A stretch of DNA of 64,000 nt from a virus (IMGVR_UViG_3300021371_000004:1-64000), one strand, 5' to 3'; positions 17,248 to 26,282 are shown, counted from the first letter of the stretch. Translations and numbers: made by a program. Notes: generated by a model from the sequence alone, not told the origin.

Positions 17248-18385
17248 CACCCTCACCGTCAACTATGACCGTCTCATCAACCTTGCTGTACAATTCCATG
17301 AATGCGCTCTTGGTCTCATCATCGAAACGGTTGGTACAAACTTCGATGGCAGTGGCGCGTTCGCCGAATATCTCATATGCCTTCACGATGTGAACCAGTC
17401 GGCGAGTTGAGATAATTTCCTCAACGCCACCATCAAGGTAGGTCTTGCGGATAATATCTGCCCAATCAACCAACTTGCCGATGAAGTGATCGTCAGAGAT
17501 ATGCTTGCGCAGGATCTTCTTCTCGATCGCAATGGAAGGGTATTCCTGCTCAAAGGTCACGGGGAAACGCTCAAGGAATGCTTCGTTGAGTACGTTTGTG
17601 CCCATGAACTGACCATCGTCAGAACCCTTGCCCTTGGTGTTGGCAGTAGCAACCACCGTGAAACCATTGGCAGGAGCAATGTACTCGCCAGTTTTCTTGA
17701 TGAAGTACCCTGAACCTTCCATGATAGACTGGAGGCACATAACCTTCCCAGGTGTCACCAAGTCAATCTCGTCGAGCAGGAGTACTGCGCCACGCTCCAT
17801 TGCTTTGATGACTGGACCTTTGAAGAATTTGGTCTCACCATTCACCAAACGGAAACCGCCAATGAGGTCATCCTCGTCGGTTTCTTCGGTGAGGTTGACA
17901 CGAATAACTTCGCGTTTGGACTTGGCACATGCCTGTTCAACCATGTAGGTCTTTCCGTTACCGGATAAACCTGTGATGAACGTCGGATAAAACATACCAG
18001 ACGCGATAACTCGCTCAACCATCTTGAAGTTGCCAAACGGGACATACATCTTGTCCTTCGCTGGTATAAGGTTGTCGCTGAAACCGCTGGAATCCGCGTT
18101 CAGGTTGGCAACCACTGTGGCAGGGGCAACTTGGGCAGCAGGTTTGACCGCAGCGACCTTCGCAGGTACGGAGATCTTCGGAACCTTGCCAGAAGGTTGT
18201 GACTTGCCCAGTGGGGGAAAGTGATATTCGCCGTTATCGGCAAGGTTGTTCGCGTTCAGTACGCGATACAGAGAGTTGATGTCATTCGCCTTCGCGACAT
18301 CCTTGATCTGCTCACGCGACAACGTTCGGGGTTCGTCACCGTACTCATCGGCGAGGAGGGCGACTAACAATTTTGCTTTACTCAT
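17240..18385 (-). CDS. MoxR/CobS-like AAA+ ATPase
   Basis: GLSGNGKT, DEDDLIGGF, LLLDEID, ATANTKGKG, NEAFLERF, STRRL. Confidence 0.92.
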   Translation of the reverse strand: MSKAKLLVALLADEYGDEPRTLSREQIKDVAKANDINSLYRVLNANNLADNGEYHFPPLGKSQPSGKVPKISVPAKVAAVKPAAQVAPATVVANLNADSSGFSDNLIPAKDKMYVPFGNFKMVERVIASGMFYPTFITGLSGNGKTYMVEQACAKSKREVIRVNLTEETDEDDLIGGFRLVNGETKFFKGPVIKAMERGAVLLLDEIDLVTPGKVMCLQSIMEGSGYFIKKTGEYIAPANGFTVVATANTKGKGSDDGQFMGTNVLNEAFLERFPVTFEQEYPSIAIEKKILRKHISDDHFIGKLVDWADIIRKTYLDGGVEEIISTRRLVHIVKAYEIFGERATAIEVCTNRFDDETKSAFMELYSKVDETVIVDGEGDE

Positions 18386-18429
18386 AATATAGACTCACTT
18401 TTGTTTACTAATTCACTCAACGAACAACT

Positions 18430-18490
18430 ATTATCCCGCAAATAGGGTACAAGAACAACTTCCAAATAACCCTGTAATATCAACAACTTA
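18430..18490 (-). promoter_or_regulatory. Class A promoter with IHF site
   Basis: TTGTTC-17-GATAAT; TATCAACAACTTA at 18478-18490, 19 bp from the -35. Confidence 0.75.
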
Positions 18491-20767
18491 CGCAACCCGC
18501 TTCACTATATCCTGCAGCAGAGCACGTGCTTGCTTCTGTCCAGTGGAGGTTTTACCGAATGCCCGTTTCAGCGCACCCTTTGCCGAACCTGCTTCCACGT
18601 CCATGCTCGCATTGCTGACTACCATGTTTTTGCTCCACACGAGGTACATCTCATCGTAACCTTCTACATCGAGCACAGCGTGGAAACCTTTCTTCAACAA
18701 CTTGTAGTTTTCTTCTGCAGTATCATAGGAAACGCGCATGCAACGCATCGCACCCATTGCCGCCGATCTGCCTCTTCCGGAAAATACAAAGTATCCGAGT
18801 ACAGAACTGCCAGTGACATCTTTGAGTATTGACAGCAGAGTGCCAGTATATTTTTCGCCGTTTTTCGGAGCAGAGTATGTCTTTTTGCCATAACGGAGAG
18901 TGATATAGTTTCCTGCCATCTTTCGCGGCAGATCCAGCATATAGTCACGATCACCACTTCCGGCAACATACTTGAGACCGTGCGACGCGCCATCGGTCAG
19001 GAATATAGTGTTCATGATATCCAGACGGTGCTGCTTCTTGAACTCCTCGATCTTGGGTATCAACGCAAGTATAGATGAGTCAAGGGGAGTGCCGCCCAAA
19101 TAGAATGGAGTGAATGTCGGTTTCCATCCGCCCGCATGACGAGCGAGGGTACAAGAACCCATCAATGCATGAGAAATAAACAGCATATCAGACTTCGACA
19201 TCTTTTCGTTGAAGATCTCGATCATACGCAAACATCGATCTGGATTAGCAGTCATCAAACCAGTATCTTGTTCTCTCGGTTCTTCTCTCCTTGCAAGGTA
19301 GTCTGTGAAACCATATACACGGAAAGGCACATTGATTCGGCGACAGAAGTGCGTCATAAGCATAGTTTGCTTCACGACATCTGAGAGTATTTCGGTCATA
19401 GAACCCGAGAGGTCGACCACCATTATAAATCCGTGATTCTTGCCTTTCGGGATACTCTTGACCTTCTTGAATATGTCGTCGCTGCAGCGATAGTTGTTCA
19501 TCTTGAGAGTATCAAGGGTGCCAGAGCGAGAGATACGAGTACGGGAAAGTTGTGTTGCTGACTTCTTCATCTCGAATTCCTTCACCATCAGGGAGATAGA
19601 CCGACGAGCACTGCTGTACCATTCGTCATAGACCTCAGCACCTGATTCCAGTGTTCTCTGGTAGTCGCTTTGGTTATCCATATCTTCACGACACATAGCA
19701 ATCACGTCTTTGTAACCAATGAAGTATTGCTCGTGGTTGTCTGCACGGAGTTCGATATTCAAAACATCTATGCGGGAAGCATCACCAGCATACTCACGTT
19801 CTATAGATTCGCGGAGTGCTTCATCGGTGAATGAACGTGGACCATCTTCTTCTTCAGATACACCACCCTCTGTGCCGCCAGTGTTACCCCACTCTTCTTC
19901 GCCATCGTTGTCATCTTCTTCACCATCCTCTTCGGGCGAGGAGGGGGATGATTCGGTGTCAGACTCTTCTTCGCTGTCACCGTCACCGTCACCGTCGGAT
20001 GAAGAGGAATCTTCTTCCTCTTCGCCTTCGGAAGATTCGTGCGTGGACCCAGACTCACCATCTTCGGCGTCATCCGAGTCGGCATCATCTTCGTCTTCGT
20101 CAAAGTCCTCGTGCATAGAGTAACCAGAACCATCGGAATAGTCGCCCGAGTCATCGTCGCCATCTTCAGACTCTGATTCTTCGTTGCGTTCTTCTTCCTC
20201 TTGCTTCTGCTCTTCTTCTTTTTGTTTGCAGAACTCAAACAATTCGTCAGTCACTTCAACAACTTGTTCCCAAGTCTCGAGTTTGGCGATACGGTCGACC
20301 CACTGAACTTCATCTTCAGCGAATGGAGTGTTTGCCGCCATGCCGCACTTGAAGTGAGTGTTGATTCGGTCAATGAGACCAAATTCGGCAGCGTCTTTAG
20401 AACCAAAGAAACCTTTGGACATCAATTGCTTGTATCCAGAAACAAAGTCGCGTCGCAGTCCAGGGTACTTGCGCTGGATCAATTTCTCGATACGCGCATC
20501 CTCGACCACATTCAGAAAAGACTTATAGTTGCCACCGCGTGAACAAACTGCTTCATGCCATCCCTCTTCGGGTGTATAAAGCGCATGCCCCACTTCGTGC
20601 CCAGTCAGCAGTGACTGAACCGCAGCGTCAACGTCTGCCCACAAAGGCAGGGTCAGCACGCGATTCTTCACGTCGAACATAGCAGTAGGAACATTTTCCT
20701 GTACCACCGTTATATTCTCGTTGGCGAGCAGTTTAGCAACGCTGGAGTTTGTATTGTCAGTAATCAT
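18488..20767 (-). CDS. CobT-like protein: zincin-like N-domain, acidic linker, VWA domain
   Basis: HEVGH...NVVEDARIE; long D/E/S tract; MIDAS DLSGS, GGTPL, FLTDG. Confidence 0.88.
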   Translation of the reverse strand: MITDNTNSSVAKLLANENITVVQENVPTAMFDVKNRVLTLPLWADVDAAVQSLLTGHEVGHALYTPEEGWHEAVCSRGGNYKSFLNVVEDARIEKLIQRKYPGLRRDFVSGYKQLMSKGFFGSKDAAEFGLIDRINTHFKCGMAANTPFAEDEVQWVDRIAKLETWEQVVEVTDELFEFCKQKEEEQKQEEEERNEESESEDGDDDSGDYSDGSGYSMHEDFDEDEDDADSDDAEDGESGSTHESSEGEEEEDSSSSDGDGDGDSEEESDTESSPSSPEEDGEEDDNDGEEEWGNTGGTEGGVSEEEDGPRSFTDEALRESIEREYAGDASRIDVLNIELRADNHEQYFIGYKDVIAMCREDMDNQSDYQRTLESGAEVYDEWYSSARRSISLMVKEFEMKKSATQLSRTRISRSGTLDTLKMNNYRCSDDIFKKVKSIPKGKNHGFIMVVDLSGSMTEILSDVVKQTMLMTHFCRRINVPFRVYGFTDYLARREEPREQDTGLMTANPDRCLRMIEIFNEKMSKSDMLFISHALMGSCTLARHAGGWKPTFTPFYLGGTPLDSSILALIPKIEEFKKQHRLDIMNTIFLTDGASHGLKYVAGSGDRDYMLDLPRKMAGNYITLRYGKKTYSAPKNGEKYTGTLLSILKDVTGSSVLGYFVFSGRGRSAAMGAMRCMRVSYDTAEENYKLLKKGFHAVLDVEGYDEMYLVWSKNMVVSNASMDVEAGSAKGALKRAFGKTSTGQKQARALLQDIVKRVA

Positions 20768-20791
20768 GTCTTCTCCTCAACTTGAACATCT

Positions 20792-20852
20792 ATTATCGTA
20801 CATTTTCAGTACAAGAACAAGTTCGTAAAAGTTCAATAAAATCAACAACTTA
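20792..20852 (-). promoter_or_regulatory. Class A promoter with IHF site
   Basis: TTGTTC-17-GATAAT; AATCAACAACTTA at 20840-20852, 19 bp from the -35. Confidence 0.75.
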
Positions 20853-21110
20853 GGAGTACTTCTTGTGGGAGGTGATGTCCCACTTCTCAACTACTGGCAG
20901 ACCATATGCATCCTCGTCCACAGCAATATAGGCAACCGTCTTGAGGATACGCGCATACCGCACACCATCGAATGTATGAAGTACATGGGGAAAATCCCAC
21001 GCGCCTGTCATGTCATCGGTGTTCGCCGAATACTCATGGAAACCGCGCACGTCCTTCTCAACGAAAGAACCGAGCAGACTGCTATAGTCATCGATCTTAC
21101 ACATACCCAT
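20850..21110 (-). CDS. Hypothetical early protein
   Basis: GAGGAG SD behind class A promoter; RYARILKTVAYIAVDED..G.PVVEKW. Confidence 0.75.
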   Translation of the reverse strand: MGMCKIDDYSSLLGSFVEKDVRGFHEYSANTDDMTGAWDFPHVLHTFDGVRYARILKTVAYIAVDEDAYGLPVVEKWDITSHKKYS

Positions 21111-21140
21111 AATCTGTTGTTCTCCTCAATCAGAACACCT

Positions 21141-21201
21141 ATTATGGAGCAATTGAGGCACAAACACAAGTTGTGAAAAACTGAATAGAATCAGGAACTT
21201 A
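21141..21201 (-). promoter_or_regulatory. Class A promoter, near-duplicate of the 2287-2347 element
   Basis: TTGTGT-17-CATAAT; variant site AATCAGGAACTTA at the same 19-bp offset. Confidence 0.7.
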
Positions 21202-21745
21202 CGCAACCCAGCATATAATCGACAACGATACGTGTGTCATCTGGGGTTTCGTGGGGGAATTGTACCACACATCCCTTTTCAGTACCAAACAGCGTATGCT
21301 GGTCACCGAATTTTTCGAGGATGTTGGTGCACTTGGTGCGGGTTGTCTGGATGAATTTCTCAGACTGTTCAGAACCACGCTGCTTATATCTGCGCTCACG
21401 TTCAGCGTCTGATACGGTCAGGTGGATTATAGTGAGGTCATCACCTGCTGCTGTGAAGAAACCTGCGTTGTTGAGTCGGTCACCTTCGCCAAATATAACT
21501 TCATCCGGTTTGGTTGAGATCCACTCAACTGCTTTTGGTGCTACTGCCATTGAAAGCAGGTCTGTGCCTGAGAAAGTTTTCTCGGGGACATACTTACCAA
21601 GAACTCGAACATTGCCTGATACATGGGTGTCAAGCAGGTCTGTTACTCGCTCCTGTTTCCAGTTCGGACTAAATTCTTCCATGAATTGCTTCATGATGGT
21701 AGACTTACCCGTTCCAGGAATACCCATGATGTATATCAGTTTCAT
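21191..21745 (-). CDS. P-loop nucleotide kinase, putative 5-hydroxymethylpyrimidine DNA kinase (5-HMUDK-like)
   Basis: GIPGTGKST, LGKY..FSGTDLLS, GEGDRL, R..QRGS.QSE; close to an amino acid:DNA transferase. Confidence 0.8.
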   Translation of the reverse strand: MKLIYIMGIPGTGKSTIMKQFMEEFSPNWKQERVTDLLDTHVSGNVRVLGKYVPEKTFSGTDLLSMAVAPKAVEWISTKPDEVIFGEGDRLNNAGFFTAAGDDLTIIHLTVSDAERERRYKQRGSEQSEKFIQTTRTKCTNILEKFGDQHTLFGTEKGCVVQFPHETPDDTRIVVDYMLGCVSS

Positions 21746-22035
21746 TGTAAAAAGGACTCCAAAGTTCCTGCGGCGGGGTAGTCTGCCTTTGACACATATC
21801 CTTTTCTGTTATATCCCTTTTCCAGTGCGCGTGCAGTAGTATCATCGTTCCAACAATTACAGCAGTACCCTTCGTGACCTTTGTACTGTTCGCTGATCAG
21901 GAATTCATTTCCACAGGTGCGACAGTCAAACGTGGTCAACATTTCCGTTCCATATAAAGTCATGTGCTTTACCTCAGATGGGGGTGGTACTTCTCTCGAC
22001 TGACGACCGATAACTTGGGAATTCTTACGTTTCAT
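21742..22035 (-). CDS. Zn-finger protein with C-terminal clamp-binding-like peptide
   Basis: CRTC...CCNC; ends GTLESFLQ; GGAG SD before MKRKNS. Confidence 0.6.
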   Translation of the reverse strand: MKRKNSQVIGRQSREVPPPSEVKHMTLYGTEMLTTFDCRTCGNEFLISEQYKGHEGYCCNCWNDDTTARALEKGYNRKGYVSKADYPAAGTLESFLQ

Positions 22036-22061
22036 ATAGGTTCTCCACAATTTGATATCCT

Positions 22062-22090
22062 ATTCTAACCGAAACAGAATAGGGTGTCAA
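22062..22090 (-). promoter_or_regulatory. Class B promoter
   Basis: TTGACA-17-TAGAAT(AG). Confidence 0.8.
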
Positions 22091-22097
22091 CAACTCA

Positions 22098-23090
22098 TTA
22101 TGCAAAGAATGCCTCGAGTCCACCAGCGTTTCGGTCTACTGGTTCAAAGTTGCCTGTATCCAAAAACAGGTTATATAATTCAGGGTCAATCAGGTCTGTC
22201 AACCATTTCTCTTCCAGACACTCTCGCCTTGCTTGCCACAAGGGTTCCCAGTCTATACCTTCCCACTTATCTGCCTGAACTTTCTTGATCTCTTCTGCCT
22301 GTCGGTCAATGTAGAAACCAAGGTAGCGACCACGACTCCGGCGAAACAACTTCTTGAAGGAGCACAGACTGGTTTCCATAGAAAAGAAGTCTGCCTTGTC
22401 GGCAACATGCGGGTAACGTAACTTGACCTCTTGTAGTATCTCCCTGCCATTTGCTTCGAGAAAGTCTATCTGAGTTGCGTCGAGTTTCACTTTGTTCTTC
22501 TTGGAGTCAACCCACTCAGGTTTGTCCATGGCATAACACATACCGTTACGGTGCGACTTTGACCCACTGCGGTCATGGAACCAGAGACTATCAACGTCAA
22601 CCTTTATGCCACATGTCTGCTTGAGTGTCTGTATATAAAACCAAGAGGTGTAGCGACCAAACTTGTGCCAAGAGTTGACAGTGTCCCACAAAGAGTAGAA
22701 GTCCTTGACAGGGTCACCAACAAAGTTGGCAGTGATTGCTTCATGCTGTGTACGACCACCAACGAAGTCTCTATACGATTCAAACTGTTGGGGCAGGTGA
22801 CCCTTGTTCCACTTGGTGTCTGTCTGGTAGCGTAGGCGTTTGTAGTTGGCGTTGTTCCAAGAACGCAAACGCTCCAGACCCACCAACTCCATATCTGGAA
22901 ATTCGTTCCAAACAACGTATGAGGTTGGCCAGTAATAGGTAGTGCCATAGATCCAAGAGATCCATAGACGCTGTTCTGTGTTATACTCAAACCGATCAAA
23001 GAAGTAATTCTGTAGGTATAGGGATGGGTCACAGTCCTCTATTTCAAGACCACGACCAAACCACTGAGTGAATATCTCCTTATTGTTCAT
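22098..23090 (-). CDS. Amino acid:DNA transferase (aGPT-pyrophosphorylase clade 2-like)
   Basis: D.DP.LY, EQRLW..WIYG.TY, YQTDTKW, HhH-like FGRYTSWFY.Q.L, SHRNG, METSLCSFKK, RYLGFYIDRQ. Confidence 0.8.
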   Translation of the reverse strand: MNNKEIFTQWFGRGLEIEDCDPSLYLQNYFFDRFEYNTEQRLWISWIYGTTYYWPTSYVVWNEFPDMELVGLERLRSWNNANYKRLRYQTDTKWNKGHLPQQFESYRDFVGGRTQHEAITANFVGDPVKDFYSLWDTVNSWHKFGRYTSWFYIQTLKQTCGIKVDVDSLWFHDRSGSKSHRNGMCYAMDKPEWVDSKKNKVKLDATQIDFLEANGREILQEVKLRYPHVADKADFFSMETSLCSFKKLFRRSRGRYLGFYIDRQAEEIKKVQADKWEGIDWEPLWQARRECLEEKWLTDLIDPELYNLFLDTGNFEPVDRNAGGLEAFFA

Positions 23091-23737
23091 AGAAACGCAT
23101 CCAAAGAGAAGTGTGTCGGTTCAAATAGTGTTTCGCGCATCCAGTATTCTCCCACTGACTCAATGGCAGTCTCGACCTTTTCGGTTTTCTTGACACCAAA
23201 GTTGTGGGACTCAAGGGATTCTTCCTTCAGTTTTTCTGCTACCTTGCTTGGCGGGATAGCAACAGAAGGATCCTTCAATGCAAGTTCACGAAACGTCAAC
23301 TGCTCATGTTGGTTCGGGAATATAGGCACGTCACAACGCAGAGAACCAGATGGGTCAACTGCCCAGAAGATGGTGCCATTACGTTTGTGCCATGTAACAG
23401 AAGATGGGGTACAGGACATCTTGAGTCTCTGCATGCCTTGGTTATGCGCCTCTTCCATCACCTTCCAGTATACTTCGGAAGCATAACCTTGCCCCTCCTC
23501 TCCTTCGAGGGTTACTATCTCATACAGGTTGGCATACTTTGACCGCGCACTGAATGTGATGAACACCAGAGCAACCGGATCAATTCCACCTTCCATCAAA
23601 GCAAACGGTGGTTGCTTCACATAGTTCTTGAACCGAAACCAGAGGTTGTGTGAAGACTTCAGGAACTTCGTGTTTGTTCCTTCTGGTTGGGAAGCAATGA
23701 GCGTTTCCACTTCTTCTTTGTTAAGTCGCTTTAGCAT
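23087..23737 (-). CDS. GNAT-family acyltransferase
   Basis: NLYEIVT..GEEGQGYAS (motif A)...SVTWHKRNG (motif B); ends SLDAFL. Confidence 0.7.
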   Translation of the reverse strand: MLKRLNKEEVETLIASQPEGTNTKFLKSSHNLWFRFKNYVKQPPFALMEGGIDPVALVFITFSARSKYANLYEIVTLEGEEGQGYASEVYWKVMEEAHNQGMQRLKMSCTPSSVTWHKRNGTIFWAVDPSGSLRCDVPIFPNQHEQLTFRELALKDPSVAIPPSKVAEKLKEESLESHNFGVKKTEKVETAIESVGEYWMRETLFEPTHFSLDAFL

Positions 23738-24408
23738 GGTTGCAGATCTGCCAGTTCTGGGTCAAAGTATGTTCTATCCATATGTAGACCGAACCCACCG
23801 AAAGTATATTTGACAAGAGGTTCGCAACTGGAAACGTTATCAGTAATTCCTGCTCTTCGGAGAATATCTCTCGTAGAAGCAAACACCATTCCGTTTTTCC
23901 GGTTCGCCATCCAAAGTGGACGTTCATGATTACGAAACGCAGACAGTTCTCCGCCATCGATAGCAACAACTGCCATGCTTCGGTCACGGTACTTTTCGAG
24001 AGGAGTATCTCCTGCTTCGATACAACGCAGTATCAACTCAGAATCGTTCAGTGTTTCTGTTTCATATTCCCATATGTCAGGGTCTTGAGAAATAACTCCG
24101 TTGTGGGCAATTGCTGTTTCTCTGCCCTGAAACGGTTGGTTGTATCGCAGGTCAGAAGTTGAGTATCGGATATGCCCAATCATGGTCATCTTCTGTGTAG
24201 CAGGGTCAACAAACTCACGAGGGTCATACTTCTCGATAAATTCATAAGCAGCAATTGGTTCTTTGTGCGTATGTAGTTTGCCGCAGGAAAGGTATGTGAC
24301 TCCCGTGGCATGCTTACCACGAATCATACTTTCCCTGAACAAACGCTTGACCATCTCGAGGTCTTCCGCGTAGACTTCTTCTAGGTGTACACCAATTACT
24401 CCGCACAT
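23731..24408 (-). CDS. Stand-alone class II (Ntn) glutamine amidotransferase domain
   Basis: MCGVIG N-terminal Cys, RGKHATG, GHIRYST, QPF, AHNGVI, DSELI, RN.ERPLW. Confidence 0.88.
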   Translation of the reverse strand: MCGVIGVHLEEVYAEDLEMVKRLFRESMIRGKHATGVTYLSCGKLHTHKEPIAAYEFIEKYDPREFVDPATQKMTMIGHIRYSTSDLRYNQPFQGRETAIAHNGVISQDPDIWEYETETLNDSELILRCIEAGDTPLEKYRDRSMAVVAIDGGELSAFRNHERPLWMANRKNGMVFASTRDILRRAGITDNVSSCEPLVKYTFGGFGLHMDRTYFDPELADLQPC

Positions 24409-24584
24409 GGTATTTCTATCCATTTGTATATGAATTTGGGATACACAAATAACGCCTTACGATAAGTGTATGTCCCTGTGTGTAAGTGTATGCCATTCTT
24501 CGTGAGAGGATTTGAACCAATGGCGATCTCTTTGTAGAAAGAGATTGTGCCGTTTTTATTCTCATGGTACCAGATCTGCTTCAC
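24396..24584 (-). CDS. Hypothetical protein
   Basis: 62-aa coupled ORF inside the cluster. Confidence 0.45.
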   Translation of the reverse strand: MKQIWYHENKNGTISFYKEIAIGSNPLTKNGIHLHTGTYTYRKALFVYPKFIYKWIEIPCAE

Positions 24585-24853
24585 TTTTCTTCTTCCAAAT
24601 CATGGACGTGGAGTGCAATCAAACCGTAGTGGAGAACTTTCAGCAAGTCCTTTCGGTTCTTACCCTCTTTCTTACCGTACCGTTGGGTGTACTTGATGAC
24701 GTTTCCTAAACAGAAACCCTCTCCATGACCCGCATCGATAACAAACTCGGTTGTCTGGACTTTGTCCTGCGAGTAGTGTTGTCCATAAGTAATGTCAACA
24801 TAATCTCGGAGTTCTTTGATCAGGGCATCTTCGTTATATTTGTAATCGATCAT
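24581..24853 (-). CDS. DUF3310-like protein (often linked to nucleotide-metabolism genes)
   Basis: TYGQHYS, GFCLGNVIKY.QRYGKKEG....DLLK.LHY. Confidence 0.8.
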   Translation of the reverse strand: MIDYKYNEDALIKELRDYVDITYGQHYSQDKVQTTEFVIDAGHGEGFCLGNVIKYTQRYGKKEGKNRKDLLKVLHYGLIALHVHDLEEEK

Positions 24854-24860
24854 ATCATTC

Positions 24861-26258
24861 CTATCCAAAAAATTCATCAAGAGTACCAGCAACATCGAAC
24901 GACTCAGGGTGATACTTGCGAGTCATCTCCTCACCACCGTTGTCTGTCAACCAGTCGTACCATTCATTGTCGTCCCACATGCTCGGTGATACACCGTTCC
25001 AGTATGGTCGCCACAGTTTGTGTTCTTCGTTCAGTCGACGCGAGTCAACGTATGCTCGGCGCAGATGCTCATATTCCCATGTACCCAACTTCAACATATC
25101 TTCTCGGAAGTAGAATACAAGGGACATACGCATCAGGTCATCTTCGCCAGAGTCTGGTGCTTCAATTGGGGTGTTGGCGTGGATGACGCGCATGTTGTCA
25201 ACCAACAGTAAGTCGCCTGGGCGGATATTGATAGCAGCGCGAACTTCTGGGCAGACCAACATGCCGCCTTTCCAGTCTTTCTTACCATCACTTATCACAG
25301 TCAGGTTGCTGAAACCTTCGTTCAACGAACCAGAGTCACGGTGACATGCCATACGTGCATTGCGTTCCTTTGTTGTCGTGTTTACCGTAATGGTAGTGAA
25401 CGTTGTGTCCTCTCCAATCAGAAACTTTGGATCCATTCGGTCAGCGCATTTCTTCTGACGACCATAGCGCACAGGCAGTAGTTCGGCAAAGGTTGCGTCT
25501 AATCGACGAGCAAATGGATAGCATTTCTCAAATACTTCGCGATTATGATCGGTGAAAGCAGTAGCACGACCATAAGGTATGCGAGGATAACGACCATAGA
25601 AACCAGCAATGCCAGACCATATTGCGGTAGCGTACATAGTATCGGAAATAAAGTCCTTGCGCAGAAGTTGTACATATGCCTTTGCTTCCTCGAGAGTCAT
25701 AACTCGCAGTTTGTTCAGTAGTATTGGAAAGAAATCAGTGTAAGTCCCAAACTCTGGTTCAACTTTGGTGCGCAACCAAACGCCACCACGGTTTTCATCG
25801 TCGTTGGGGATAGCAGCAAACTCGGCGAGTGGATCAGAACCGTCGATGTTGGGCGGTTGCCCTTCTTCAAACCAACGCAGAACGTTCAGTTGGTATTGCG
25901 TTACCCAGTCACGGTTGCCTTGAGATTCTTCTCTTGGACCCGCTGCCATGCCTCTGTTGTTTGACTCAATTGCTGCGTCAAACAGACCAGCGTATGCACC
26001 GTCTTGTTCTGCTTGAGTGAATACGTTTTTACGGAATTTAAACGCGATACGGTCTTCAGAAAGTTCCTCGTCTTCAACGCCCATGGAAGGCATATAGAAG
26101 TCCGCATCGGAGTCAACGACGATGTCATAGTGACTTTCGTCTGGATATTGCCCCTTGAGTGCTTCTGAATCTTCGAGAAACAAGGCGACATACACGTCCT
26201 GCCCCTCTGAACCAGTGCTCTTTTGCCAAGAACGACCGCCTATTTGTACTGTTTCCAT
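24861..26258 (-). CDS. TET/JBP-family 2OG-Fe(II) 5-methylpyrimidine dioxygenase
   Basis: TFTTITVN, ACHRD (HxD), GGMLVCPE....IRPGDLLLVD, HANTPI, RMSLVFYFRE; ends TLDEFFG. Confidence 0.88.
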   Translation of the reverse strand: METVQIGGRSWQKSTGSEGQDVYVALFLEDSEALKGQYPDESHYDIVVDSDADFYMPSMGVEDEELSEDRIAFKFRKNVFTQAEQDGAYAGLFDAAIESNNRGMAAGPREESQGNRDWVTQYQLNVLRWFEEGQPPNIDGSDPLAEFAAIPNDDENRGGVWLRTKVEPEFGTYTDFFPILLNKLRVMTLEEAKAYVQLLRKDFISDTMYATAIWSGIAGFYGRYPRIPYGRATAFTDHNREVFEKCYPFARRLDATFAELLPVRYGRQKKCADRMDPKFLIGEDTTFTTITVNTTTKERNARMACHRDSGSLNEGFSNLTVISDGKKDWKGGMLVCPEVRAAINIRPGDLLLVDNMRVIHANTPIEAPDSGEDDLMRMSLVFYFREDMLKLGTWEYEHLRRAYVDSRRLNEEHKLWRPYWNGVSPSMWDDNEWYDWLTDNGGEEMTRKYHPESFDVAGTLDEFFG

Positions 26259-26282
26259 GCGTTTTCCTCAATTTATGCTTCT

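Noticed and set aside
19850-20220. Low-complexity tcttc/tcgtc-rich tract as a non-coding repeat
   Set aside because: It encodes the acidic linker of the VWA protein.
17240-20767. cobS/cobT as cobalamin-synthesis auxiliary genes
   Set aside because: No cobN or other cob genes; the architecture is the generic phage MoxR-VWA pair with an extra zincin motif.
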